DNA of 64,000 bases from Geosiphon pyriformis uo1 (Eukaryota; Fungi; Glomeromycota): positions 871,095-935,094 of the forward strand of contig JAAOMT010000571.1 in NCBI GenBank assembly GCA_016748015.1, in the 5' to 3' direction. Shown here one piece after another: positions 11,758-24,800 of the stretch. The translations under genes were made by a program, and so were the position numbers. A model generated the notes under the pieces. That model searched no databases, was not told the DNA's origin, and worked only from the letters and a program-made list of their open reading frames with translations. How positions within the stretch are numbered: the stretch's first letter is position 1; every line of letters begins with the position of its first letter.

Positions 11758-14700
11758 TAGATCTGGTTTAGAAAATTGTGACATGCAATATTTGTGGTAT
11801 CAATGTTTCTGCCAAGCTGGAAGACATTGTTTGTTGACATGTAGATTCTGGAAGTATGGTTTCTATTGTTACAAAAACAAAGTTGAGGGCCAATACTAGG
11901 TCTTAGATTATGAATAAGTTTGATGGAGTAAGGATATTCTTTTCTGGTTTGGACAAAAGATTTTTTGGCACTGGGGTGGCAATCATTATGAACAATTTTC
12001 TTACATGTCATGTGTTTAAAGTTGAGGAGATTCCTGGTTATCTTGTTTCTGTTCAGCTTCTTTTCAAAAGCAAGTTGTTAGTAGTGTTTTTGGGCCTATA
12101 CACTAGTACTTCTGCTGAAACCAGATTTGGTCAAGTTTGTGAAATCAACTTTTTTATTGCTAAGGCTGCTAATTCCTCTGCACTCATGGTTCTGGACAGT
12201 AATTTCAATAAGATGGATATAAGAAAAGTGCTAGTTTTAAGTTCTGCTTGGATTTAGGGTTGGTTAACTCTTTTAGTGAACACTCTTTGGTCAAAGCTTT
12301 CATTTGGGGCAATTTCTGGAGTGCTGTGAAGATTATTGACTACATTTTTGTAAGCAAAAGTTTGTTGTCTGCATTGGCTGGTCATGAAGTTACTTCTGTC
12401 TCTGATTTTTTTAACACTGATTATAATGCCATTTTAATTTCAGTTGGTTTGAGTGGTTTCTTGAATGCTTGGCTCAATAGCAAGCATAAGCAGACCAATA
12501 AGGATAAGTGGAAATTCAAGATCAAGGATATGGATGCTAATAAGTGGGCACAATTTAGAAAACATTCATTGGACAAGTTCTTGGAATATATAGATATGTT
12601 TAATAATACAAAGGTTACTAAAAATTTGGATGTTATGTGGGGGATTCTTAGGGAAGTGATTACAAGCTCAGCTGATAGTGTGTTTTCTAGACATTGGTTT
12701 AGTGAGTTTGATTGTCTGAAAAATAAGTGGTCTTCAAAGTTCTTTAAGCTGGAATTGTTAGTGACCAAGTTGGTGAAGTGTTTAAGCTCAGATCAGGATT
12801 CAAAAGCTGTTTACCTCTTTAAGGTGTGGTCTATTCTTGATAATAAAAAAGCATCCAAAGCATACACAATGTTTGATAATAATAAAAGTAGGAAGAGCAT
12901 TCTTCTACACCTATTAAAAGTCAAAAAATTGTACCAAAAATCTAAATACTATGAGTTTAGGGTGGCCAAAGACATTTCAATCAAAAAAGCAATAGACAAG
13001 TGCATGGAAACCTTTAGCTCCAATAAAGAACATATGATCAAAAGTGTTTTAGACCAGCCATTTAAGAAAGTAGTGCTGAATTATTTAGTAGTGGATGATG
13101 AGTTAATTTTAGAACCCAAGGAAGTTAAATCTGCTGTTGATAGTATTATGAAAGGATAGACAAGAAAATAGGTTGTTTCCATCTCTCTACCTGTTTATTG
13201 GTTTAATTAATATGCTCCCTTGGACTATGTCACTAATAATATATTCTCAAATGTCATGGATGTGATTGGTTCAGATAAGTTTCTCCTGGTGGTCAAAGGA
13301 CTGCCTGATGGGAAAGCTGCTGACATTTTTGGTATTCCTAATAAGCTATGGAAGCATGGAGATGCTCAGATTCTGAATGGTTTGTTGGACATTCTCAATG
13401 TGTGTTTGGAGTTGGGTGCAGTTCTTCTATAGTGGAGGCAAGCATGGATTTCTATGATACTAAAACCATATAACTGGGAGGGAACACTCATCAATACTAG
13501 ATCTATAGCTTTAATTAAAACAGCCAAAAAGATACTGTCTAAGATTCTTTCTGACAGGATATTTCTGGCATGCAGTAAATTTAATGTCTTTTGTGGTAAT
13601 AATTTCTCAGTTCTAAAGAGTCGTCTACTCAAACTCTGATTTTTACCATTGGCTCTATCATTGAGGATGTACTTGAAAAGAATAGGGAGCTGTGGCTGGT
13701 ACTTCAAAATATGCAAAAGACTTATGACTCAGTCAGATGGCCCTATTTGTAGAATAGTTTAGTTAGGATTAAGATGTGTCCCCATTTTATTAAATTTTTT
13801 GGAAACATACACAATGGTCAGACCAACTAGGTAATAACAGACTTTGAACTCACTGATGGATATACTGTTCATAATAGGTTAGATCAAGAAGAAGTTTTCT
13901 TGCCTTTGCTGTGGAGAATCTTCTATAATCTTCTGCTTTGTAAGGTCAAAAAGCATGAGCAATTGTGTGGATATAGGTTGAATTCAAAAATTTTGATTAG
14001 GACTAGTAGAGCTAATCCTAAGGGTGGCAAAACTTTTTTTTTTTGTAGCTGGTGCCTTTGTAAATGATACTATTTGGGTTGAGAACTGCCTGGTGGCTAC
14101 ACAGCATATTTTAAACATTGCAAGTAATTTTTTCTTGATCAATAACATTGCTATTAACACAAATAAAACAGTTGCTATTCCAGAAAGGTTTTGTTGTCTA
14201 TTAGTGGTTTTAAAATCTTTATTGCCAAAAAGGGTGAATCTTACTGATACTTAGGGATTTTTTTTTCTATGGATGGCCTGTTTAAGCTGAGTTTGGCCAA
14301 AGCTTATTTAGATGTCAAGTTTTTTTCAAATGTGGTTTTAAGGAAAGCCATTACTAAGAAGCAATTTTTATATTTGGTTTCTGCTGTTCTGCAGTCCATA
14401 GTTGGATATAGATTGCAGTTCATCTGTGTTTCCAAGGGTGTATGTAAAAAGTAAAACAAAATATTAAGAAAAAGTTTAAAGCTCAAGGCCAATCTGCCCA
14501 AGAACTTTCCAAATAAAGCTTTGTATCATCCAGAACTATATAGTTTAAGAACTTTTGAGCAAGTACTGGCTGAGAATCTGCTAGCTGGCCTGGTTAAATT
14601 CACTAATGCTGACAGAATCCTTGGTGAATTATTCAAACACAGAGCAATAGAGTTGCAGACTACTAGCTAGATGTCTTGACACTTTTTTAAATTTCTGATT

Positions 14701-16425
14701 AAGTTGCTGGTCAATCTTGCAAATTGCTTTTTGGCTGGTGCAACATGTGCTCTCAAACTGTGCAATCTATTATTGGGTGGTGATTTGCCTAATGTTTTTT
14801 GGGCCAGGAATAATATTGCAGTCTTGGATGTGCTTGGTTTTGAGTCTTATTTGAGCATAGTGAAGTCTCTTAAAAGATACGGTGTGGTGTTTATAAACCA
14901 GCTTCTGGACCGCCATAGTAAGTGTTTTATGTAGAACACTTTTTACAGGTAGAAGAAGCTGGACCCTAAAGGCCTGGTTCCTGTCTGGTTTGCTTTTTTG
15001 GTCAAATTTATTATTAAAGATGGCTTGTTGAATGGTGTGATGTTGTCTCCTTGTTCTGTTTCCACTGACTCTTCTTGTAACTTTGGTTATGTTGATGAGC
15101 ATCTGCTGAATTCTGGGTTGGGCTTTATAATCATATATACAAATGGTTCTGTCAAGAATTTGGGTTTGTTACATGCTCATGGTGGTACCACTGCCTATTT
15201 TCCAGATGTAGACACTAGTGTTGGAATTAAAATGGATGGGTTGCTGTTGTCAATTTTGGTGGAAATACAGACTATTGCACTTGCTTTGGAGTGTGTGCCC
15301 ACTTCTTGATTAGTTGACTTGTATACAGACAGTCAAGCTTCACTAGACTTATGTAAATCTACTAGTGGTATGGCTGGTCTTAACTTTTATGATAAATGTT
15401 GGATTGAAAAGAAACATATTTGCTGTGTCATTGCAAAAAAAAATTTGTCAGTTATGTGGAATAAGGTCAAAGACCATTCTGGTATTGTTAAAAACAAACA
15501 TGCTGATTTCTATGCTAATGCAACTGTTACCTCTAAGTCCTTTCTACCTATTGTGATACCTTATCACTTTCTCATTGTTGAAGGCAGACCTGTTTCCAGA
15601 AACACTCATCATGTTGCCAAAAAATTATTTAATGCTGTTTATTCTGTTGGTTGGGAGGCCAGATGTGTTGATAGTGTCATTAGTGTGGATCTCAGTAACT
15701 GTTTTGATAAAGCCAGGATTTTTTGTGTTTGGCATCCTAATGGCAGAATCAGATCTGGTTACACTAGCACTGCATCAGTGACACTTCAGTCATACTTCAT
15801 GAAGGCACTCCATTATTACCTGCCTGTGGCCAAAAAAAAAAAGATGTATAATCCGAATTATCCAAGTGTTTTCTGCATTCAGTGTGGTTTAGTAGAGGAC
15901 TTTGATCATGTTTTCTCCTGTAGTCGTGATGTGAATGTTAGAAATATCTTATTATCTGATGCTACTTTGGAATGTAATGTATTGCTGGGTGCTTTTGTCA
16001 ATGGAAATGCAATTGCTGATTTGCTAAATAAGGCTGCTTCTTCTATAAACTTGTTTACAGTGCTGGTTAAGAGTTTTGTGCTAAAGAGTTGGGTGGTTAA
16101 CATAGTAGACCATTTGGATGCTGACTCTGATGGGGGTGTGTTGGTTGTCAATTTTATTTGTCATTTTGCTGAGAGTTACAGATCTGCCATTTGGCTGTCA
16201 GTAGCTAAGTTGAGGGTCTATTATGAAAAATATAATCTCCTGCTACATGATGAATTATCTATTTCTTTGGTGTCTGGTTTATCTTTTTCATAGTCTGCTG
16301 GAATGATCTGGGATTTCAGTTTCAGGCTAGGTATTCACATGTGTTTTGGGTTGCATCTGTGTTTAACCAGATTAGATTTTGGTTTTCTGTGTGATATCCC
16401 TGTGGTGGAGTATTTAGATATATAA
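11754..16425 (+). pseudogene. LINE-1 ORF2 (APE endonuclease-RT-RNase H-zinc knuckle)
   Basis: IVTCNI, GVAII, IDYIFV, GAFVNDTIW, IYTNGS, YTDSQ, KVKDHSG, CIQC..HVFSC. Many stops. Confidence 0.9.
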
Positions 16426-18678
16426 TGCTGCTTTAATTGGCCCAAATGACTGGTCACATGTAAAAAAGACATAAGCCATGCTTAATTTAGATTATTTTGA
16501 TCAATGTATTTAGGTAGTGGTTGGGCTACATTCATAAAACTTCTAATAAAAAAAATAAAAAAAAGCTAATTTAAAATCAACTAAAAAATTAATAATATTA
16601 ATAATAAAAATAGTTAAAAATACAATAATAAAAAACCAATAAAATAAAAATCTTGGTATATGTTTTAATACTAATAAAATTTTTATTTTTTTATTAATAT
16701 ATAATTTAATTATAATTTAATATATTATGTCAAACTAAATAACTTAAATTAAATATAGTTTATATACTTTTTATATATGACCAAATATAAGTTTAATTTA
16801 GATTAAATTATGTTAAAATATAAAGAAAAATTTATTTTAAAAAGTTATTTTATTTATAATAATAATTAATATATTACTATTTTAATCAAATTATTTAATT
16901 ATTTAGTAATTATATTTATATTAGACTTAATATTATTAAGTTAATTTTTTTAGAGAGTAATTAGTTTAATATAAAATTTATTATTAAATAAATTAGCATT
17001 ATATTTATCTATATAAATATCATCAAAATTATATTCAGTTTTAATCATTATTACATTTAAAAAAAAGCTAATTTACAGTTTTATTAAGAACAAATATTTT
17101 ATTTTAGACAATAAAAATCATATTTTTAAGTTTTATATACCAGAAAAAATGTTCAAAAAAGTAATAATTAAAATAACCAAAAAATTAATAGATTTAATAA
17201 CAAATTTAATCAAAGCAGTTAAACTTAAGATTTATAAATTCAAAAAGTCTAATCTAAATTTGACAACAGAATTAACAACAAAAATTACCAAAAAGACAAC
17301 AAAAAAAAAACCAAAAAAACAGAAGTATAAAATTTTTTATCAATAAAAAATAACACAAAAACTTGAAATTAATAGTAGACTTAACAAATAACTTAAAAAA
17401 AAATGAAAATATCTTTTAATCAATAAACAAATGATTTAAGCTTTAATATTTATAACAATAATAGCACTTAAAAGTTTTTTACCAAATATAATATTTGTAT
17501 AAAATGCTAATTTTAATAACAATAAAATTTATAAATTTATAAAAATTTAATATTACAATAATAAAATATTAATAATAATAAAAATTAGAAAAATAGAAAA
17601 TAAAACAAGTATAACTACCAACTTAAGCAATTAAATCATTAATTTTAAAAACAGTATAACCAAAAAAAGTTTGACTAAATTGGTTTTATAAGTATTTTTT
17701 AAGATAATAACTTTTTTTTGATTAAATAAAAAAATAATTTTAATATTGTTTTTTTTTACTAGCACAAACTACTAGACAAAAACAGTAATAGCAGAAAAAA
17801 AGTTTTTAAAAATAACAATAACATATTGTTATAAGTTTATAAATTTTAATTTAATCAAAAAAATATTGCCAAAAACACCAAAAATTTTTTTTAAATTATT
17901 AAAAAATATGCCAAAGAAAATATTATAAGTAAAATAAAAACAAAAATAAAAATAAGAGAGCCAAAAACCATTACAAAAAATTTTGTAATTTTAAATATAG
18001 TTAAAAAAAAATATTAATATTAACATTAATAATAATAATTAAAAAAAACTTGAAAGAAAAGTTTACATAAAACAATTTTACATTGTTTTTTAAAATTAAT
18101 TTAAGTCTAACAAAGCCAAATTACAACTTAAACAAAAAATTAAACAAAATTAATTTAATCTTAAAAGTATTATCAAATACCAAAGTAAAAACTATTTATT
18201 CAAAGAATCTTTAATAACTAAAAATTATTTTTTAAATACTATTAAAAACAATACCAAAAAACAATAAAAAAGATATTAATTCAATTTATATTTTGATTAA
18301 CTTAATCTTTAAATAACTTAACAGATTGTTTTGTTTCTAAAACTAATAATAATCTGTTAAAAAACACTATATTTGACAATATAGTTAATAATTAATCTTA
18401 AATTATTATAAAAAATATATTATTATTGTTATTATTCATATTAAAAAAAAACTGGTTGTTATTAAGAAAATTTTTTCCAAGATTTTATTTGAAACTACAA
18501 AAAAATTTAGTATAATAATAGTAAATACAAATAATTACTGCTGTTAATTATTTGTAAAGTAATAATAATAGTAGTAATAATAAAAGCAAAAAAAACCAAC
18601 TTGTTAACTAATTTATTATTAAAAACTTTAGAACTTTTAGAAAAAATAAAAACAACATTAAAATTAACTTAAATATAT

Positions 18679-18780
18679 ATTTTTTTTATTGCTTAACAAG
18701 TGAGATCCAAACACTACCTATAACAATACATCAAAAAAATAATCTAAACTAGGCATGAATCATGCATTTTCCACACAACC
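18679..18780 (-). mobile_element. 5'-truncated LINE 3'-UTR stub with poly(A)
   Basis: Reverse complement matches the LINE-2 3' UTR (~26540-26626); flanked by direct repeat TAAATATAT (18670-18678 and 18781-18789). Confidence 0.8.
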
Positions 18781-19952
18781 TAAATATATTTCTTAAAAGA
18801 AACTTTAATTGAAAAAAACCACCAAATAAAAATAAAAAAAATATTTTAAAAGTTATCAAAAACAGCTTTTTATTATTAATATTTAAAAAAAATATTGTTA
18901 GGATGTTTTGCCTAATTGCTTTAATAACAAAAAAAAATTTTCTTATTAAAATTTTATTAGTTACTATAAAAAAAGTAATATTTAAAACTTTTTTACTCTT
19001 TGCTTTAATTGTAATTATAAAATTTTAAAACTAATTACAAACTTAAAAAAAAATTAAAAAAATTATTTTGTAATTTAAAACCAAATAATTTAAATATTAA
19101 TATTTAATATTAATAATTAAAAAAATTTTATTAAATATAAAATTATTTTAAAATATTTGATTTTAAAATTATAATATTCAAGTTTTTTTGAAAATTAAAA
19201 ATAACAAGTATATGTTTTAGCTATTAAGTAAAAATAAAAAAATAAAAAATAAAACAGATATAATTACAAGTCTAAAAAACCAAATTATTAATTTTAAAAA
19301 CAATATAATATTATTAATAAAAATTTGAATTAATAATTAATATATATTATTATTTTAATTTATTACTTATTATTTTATCAAATTATGAAATATTATTTAA
19401 TTAATAATTTAATTTATATAATATACAAGTATAATTAAAATACAATAATTAGATAATATTATATACTAAATTATATAATATTTAAAAATTCACCAAATAT
19501 GTAAAAATTTGATAAAAAATTCAACAGTTTATTAAAATATTTAATAGTTTATAAAAATAACTTGTAATTTAAAATATGCTTTTTAATTTACCAAAATATT
19601 AACAAAAAAAATACAAAATTATAAAATAATATTACAATAAATTATATAAAAAAAAGCTTTTTTTTTTAAAAAAATATATTTTAGTTTAGAAATATTTTAA
19701 TTCAAAATAATTAATTTAATTATAGTAAACAATAAAATAAAATCTACTTTAAACCCCAAAAACTTTTTTTATAATTATTATAGTTTAAAACTTACAAATT
19801 TAATTAATATTTTAAAATTAATTAGTTAATTTTAGACTTACCTTCTAAAATTCTTAAAAAATGCATTTTCTAAAAAAGAAGTTTTTTTATTTTTATTTTT
19901 TTTCTGGCTAGTTTATATCAATATTTTTTTACTTAATAATAACCCATTTTTC

Positions 19953-21827
19953 ATGAACTTGAAAGCTACTACAAATAGCATCATGTTTAAAAAGAAAGCA
20001 TCAAAAGATGCTTTTTATGGTCTAACTGGTGGTTCTTTTTCTCAGAAAAAGAAAGTTGTCCTTGGTAATATCAAACACTCTGGTAATAAGAGAGATATCT
20101 CCTTGAATAAATTTGGGCCTAGTAATAATATATATTCTGATGTGAAAAGTCTATCTGGTAATAATAATAATTTTAACATGTCTGGTAGGTCTCTTTTGAA
20201 CTCAGCTGCTACTACACCCAAGGTAAAGCGACTTAACACTAGTGCTGTTTTTGGTTCTCTGCTTAGTTTTCCAAATTTTTGCATGGATAATAATGAAGTA
20301 GTTCTCCCTCTTTACTTACCTATTTCTTTTGATAAAAAATGGGTTGACTTTAAGATTATCAAAACTCCTGTAGAAGTGTCAATTAAGAAATTGTTTACTT
20401 TGGATATTAATTTTTCAGCTGTGAAAGAAAAATCAACAACAGCAAAGACTCAGTTAATTAAAAAATTTTTTTCATCAGTCAATGGTTTTGGAGGGGCCAC
20501 TACCTCCTCAAAATTTGAAAAAATTATCCAATCTACTTTCATTTCTAAAAAAAGCATGGAAATAACTGCTTTATTGGCCAGGGAAAAAGAGATTACCATA
20601 AACAACAATCTTAAGAGACAAGGAATAAAATCAGATTGGGCTGTGATGATCAAGAAAATTCCCATAAATACATCTAAAGATATGATTGTTGCTGCAGTAT
20701 CTGAATTTGGAGAAATTAAGTCAATCAAAATTCAACTAATTGGAATGTGGCAAAAAGCTATGGTGGAGTTTGCTAAGTTTGACCAAGCTAATTTGTTGGC
20801 CTCTAAGTAGTCATTCCTAATTGGTAAAGATTCTGTGCGTGTAGCCAAAGCAGTGGGAGATTGTGAAACTTGGACATCAAGAGATCAGTTCAGAGCACTT
20901 TTGTTTACTTTGCCAATGAGAACAACAGCACATAATCTTAAGACTCTTCTGGAAAGGGCTGGTGAAAAAACCTGTGTCATAAACAGATCTCTGGAAACTG
21001 GTAATAGGATTTGCTGTACTGTGGTTGGTTTTGAATCTGATGATAATCTAGAATCTGCCTTTCACACAGAGCCTATCTATAATAGAATAAAACTGTCTTG
21101 GGCTAGAATGAATTTGGTTTGTTGTGAAAAGTGTAGGTGTTTTGGATATTTAGCTCTTGAATATGATATTTCAGAAGTACTTGTGCTGCTATTATCTAAG
21201 AAATTATATAAAAAGATTGCTTTAGAGAAAGTTTGCTTTTGGTTTGCTAAGTTGTATGAAAAAAAAGATGTTCTAATTTCTCATCCTGCTGCCTTTAGTG
21301 GCAAATCTTGGGCCCAGATAGTCTCACTAGCTAATTTTTCCAGTGGTGCTCACTTCAAGTCTGGTTCTAGTTTCTCTTCTCTTGGCATCTTACATTTGGG
21401 TGGTACTCTTCCTTCTACTTTAGCTAATAACTCTGGCTTGGGTGATTGTTTGGCAGTATTAGAATGCTCTTTGAAGCTTTTATTAGATCAGGTTTCTGTT
21501 TTATTGAAAAAGTTGAGCTTTGTGGAGTTAATACCTTTGACTATATCCTCTTCTGCTCTCCTTCTGGTTGCCTCTGTTTTTTTAGCTTCTGTTCTGGATT
21601 CAGATATGGTTTTAGACAATGTGTTAGTGCCATCCATTCTCTTTTCTTCTGTTGGTTCAGACTTGGTGGCCAATTTCAGCTCTAGTAGTTCTAAGGTTCT
21701 AATCACCAAAGTGGGTGGATTGGAATCCAAAATGGTGGCTTTGGAAGCTTTTATTAATTTGGTTTTAGAAAGGTTAGATTATCTGTGTTCTGGTTTGGGT
21801 TCGTCAACTCTCTTTTTATCTCAATAA
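19953..21827 (+). pseudogene. LINE-2 ORF1 (nucleic-acid-binding protein)
   Basis: ORFs 19953-20810 and 20835-21827 are in one frame, split by TGG>TAG. RRM-like AVSEFGEIKSIKIQL, CEKCRCFGYLALE knuckle remnant, coiled coils, ends SQ*. Confidence 0.85.
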
Positions 21828-24800
21828 TCAGTTTTGTTTGGAAAATTGCTACATGTAATGCCTGAAGTATGAACAATTCTATAAAACAGAAAGACATTGT
21901 TTATTAACATAAAGATATGGGCAATTTGGTTTCAATTATTACTGAGACTAAGTTGAGAGATAGAGTCTGTCCATGGATCACTGACAAGTTTGATGGTGTC
22001 TGTGTTTTTACTTCTGGTTTGGATTCTGAATACTTGGGTTCTGGTATTGCTATTGTCATGGATTTTTCTTTGGCAAAACATGTGTGCAAAGTTTTTGAAG
22101 TGCCTGGTCGGATCCTATCCATTAAATTTCTTTTCAAAAATAAACTTTCTGTGTTAGTTTTGAGACTTTACACTGATGCTTCATTTGGAGTTCAGTTTTC
22201 ACAGACTGGTGAGATCAATTTTTTTATTGTAAAGGCTGTTAACAAATCTTCTTTTGTTATCCTTGGTGGTGACTTCAATGAAAACAATTTGCAAAAATGT
22301 GCTAGTTTTAAAAAGTGTATCAGCTTGGGGCTGGTTAATTATTTGATAGGTAGTTTGTTTGTGGATTGTCCTACATAAAAGAATTCAAGGAGTGTGAAAA
22401 AGACAATTGATTATATATTGGTCTCATTAAATTTAGTTAATGTAGTAGTGAATCATGATGTCATGGACATTGATGATTACTTTGACACTAATTATCATGC
22501 TGTTTCTGTTTTGGTGGATCTGGGTGGTTTGCTAAACACTTGGTTAAACTCTCTTCACAGACAGGCAAATAAAGATTGCTGGAAGTTTGATTTTAATGGT
22601 GCTGATAATACAAAGTAGAACAAGTTTAAAAATACTATGGCAGCCAATACTGTAGTGTTCTTTAATAATTTTACCACCTCTAAGCAATTTTTAGACTTGA
22701 ATACAATGTAAAATACAGTTTGCAAAGTTATAACACTTTTGGCTGATAAGATATTTAGGAGGAAATGGTTTAAGGGCTTTGACGGTGTTTTTACCAAGGA
22801 ATCTTTTAGGTTTTATAAGCTAGAGCTTTTGGTCTCAAAGATTGCTAAGACCTCTTATGAGAAGAATGTTGATAGATTTGCTTTTTTTATAGAATGCTAG
22901 AATTCTTTGAACAATGTTAAAACATCAATTGTGCAGAAAATTGTAAACTCTGGTGTGGGTTCTGATCATATGTGCTCGGCTTTTTTCAGTGTGTAAAAAA
23001 CATATTATGTCTCTAAGCTTGCTGAGTCTTTATAAGCTGAAGATTCAAGAATTAGGTCAGCTATTGATAGATGGATGAAAAATTTTACAGTCAACAAAAG
23101 TAGCACAATCAGAAGTGTGCTAGAATGTCTTTTTTAAAAAGTGGTTTTGGACCATCTGGTAATTAGGGATAAACTGATTCTGGAACCCAACCTAGTTAAG
23201 GCCAAAGTTGACATTGTTATGGAAGATTAAACCAAGAAATACAATGTGGTAAACAATTTTTTTGATGATTAGTCTCATCAATATTGGCCTTTGGAGTACA
23301 TTTTTCATGATGTTTTTTCAAATGTAATGTGTTTGGTTAGTTTTGATAAGCTACTCAGGGTGGTTTCTGATTTGCCTGATGGCAAAGCTGCTGGTTTCTC
23401 TTGGGTGTCAAACAAGCTTTAGAAGCATTACAATGAATCGGTTTTAAATATGCTTTTGGTGCTTTTAAACTTCTGTTTGTTTCATGAGTCAGTGTTTGGT
23501 GCTTGGAAGGAAGCTTGGGTTTCGATGATTCCAAAACTATATGAGTGGAAGGGAGTTCTTACAAACATCCAACCTATTGTCTTGATTGAGACTGCCTACA
23601 AAATTCTTTTTAAGATTCTCTCAAACAGGATTTCTTTGGCATGCAGCTCTTTTAATGTCTTGTGTAAAGACAATTTCTCAGTTCTGAAGGGTACAACAAC
23701 ACAATCTCCTATTTTTGCTATTGGTTTGGTTATTGAGAATGCTTTGAAGAAGAACCATAAACTTTGGCTGGTCTTACAGGACATGCAAAAGGCTTATAAC
23801 TCTGTTAGTTGAGAGCATCTTAAGAACAGTTTGGTTAAAATAAAAATGTGCGACAAGTTTATTAAATTCTTTGATAACATTTACAATAATCTTGTTAATA
23901 GGGTGATGACAGATTTTGGTTTAACAAATGGATATCAAGTGCATGATGGTTTGGATCAGGAAGAGGTGTTTTTATTGCTTCTTTGGTACATATTTTATGA
24001 TCCTCTTTTGTGTGAGGTCAAGAGACAGAAGAGCATTTGTGGATATAAGCTAAACTCTTATTTTGTTGCCAAAACTGGTCATTTGGAATTTCAAGCTGGA
24101 TTAACATCTTTTTTTACTGTTGATGCTTTTGTTAATAACACAATTTGGATTGATAGCAGCCAAGCTGCAACCCAACACATTTTTGATGTTGTTAGCAAAT
24201 TTTTTTGGATCAATAACATTTCTATTAACAATGACAAAACAGTGGCAATTCCCATTAATTGTAAAGTTACATGTTTTAATTTGTTTATCAGCAGTTTGTC
24301 TATATCAATTGCCAAAAAAGAAGAGTCTCATCACTACCTGGGAATTTTTTTGTCAACTGAGGATTTGTTGAAGCTTAGTTTGGCTAAGACTAATGCTAAT
24401 GTTAAATTTTTTGCCAATCTGGTTTTAAGAAAGACCATTTCTGATAAACAGTTTTTGTATCTGGTTTCAGCAGTTCTCCACCTTATTGTTAGCTACAGAA
24501 TACAGTTCAGTTTTGTTCCTATCAGTGTATGTGATAAGTAGAATTCTTTGATTCACAGGGGCTTAAAGCTAAAGTCCAGTCTACCTTTCAATTTTCCCAA
24601 TAATGTGTTTTATCATCCTTTATTGTATGGTTTGAAAACTTTCAAGTAAGTCCAAGCTGAAAGCAAAGTTGCTTCCATTGTGTGTTTTGCAAATTCTGTT
24701 GGGGTTTTGGGTCAGTTGTTTTTGCACAGATCTCATGACTTGCAGATTCTGTTTTAAAGTCTATTCCACCTGTTGGTGTTTCCAGTTCATATAAAAGTCA

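Larger units (their letters stand above)
1..16562 (+). mobile_element. Non-LTR retrotransposon LINE-1 (RNase H-bearing, L1-like), 5' end beyond window, interrupted by Gypsy-A
   Basis: ORF1 fragments at 96-393 resume at 10563 (..SSLA|QTTEK..NILVNTNLKK). ORF2 carries APE, RT, RNase H and zinc knuckle motifs. Family 3' UTR and A-rich tail at ~16426-16562. Confidence 0.9.

Noticed and set aside
11754-16425. Alternative genetic code or stop read-through explaining in-frame stops
   Set aside because: Stops fall at different positions in each copy, replace Trp/Gln/Arg by single transitions, and co-occur with frameshifts and catalytic-site losses.
17149-17346. Lys/Ile-rich ORFs in AT-rich DNA (also 27119-27301, 28335-28556, 36740-36925)
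   Set aside because: Compositional artefacts of eroded TE DNA; several overlap the ghost Gypsy.
16563-19840. Mitochondrial/endosymbiont insert or point-centromere-type AT element
   Set aside because: No organellar gene or RNA motifs seen; part of it aligns to the family-B LTR.
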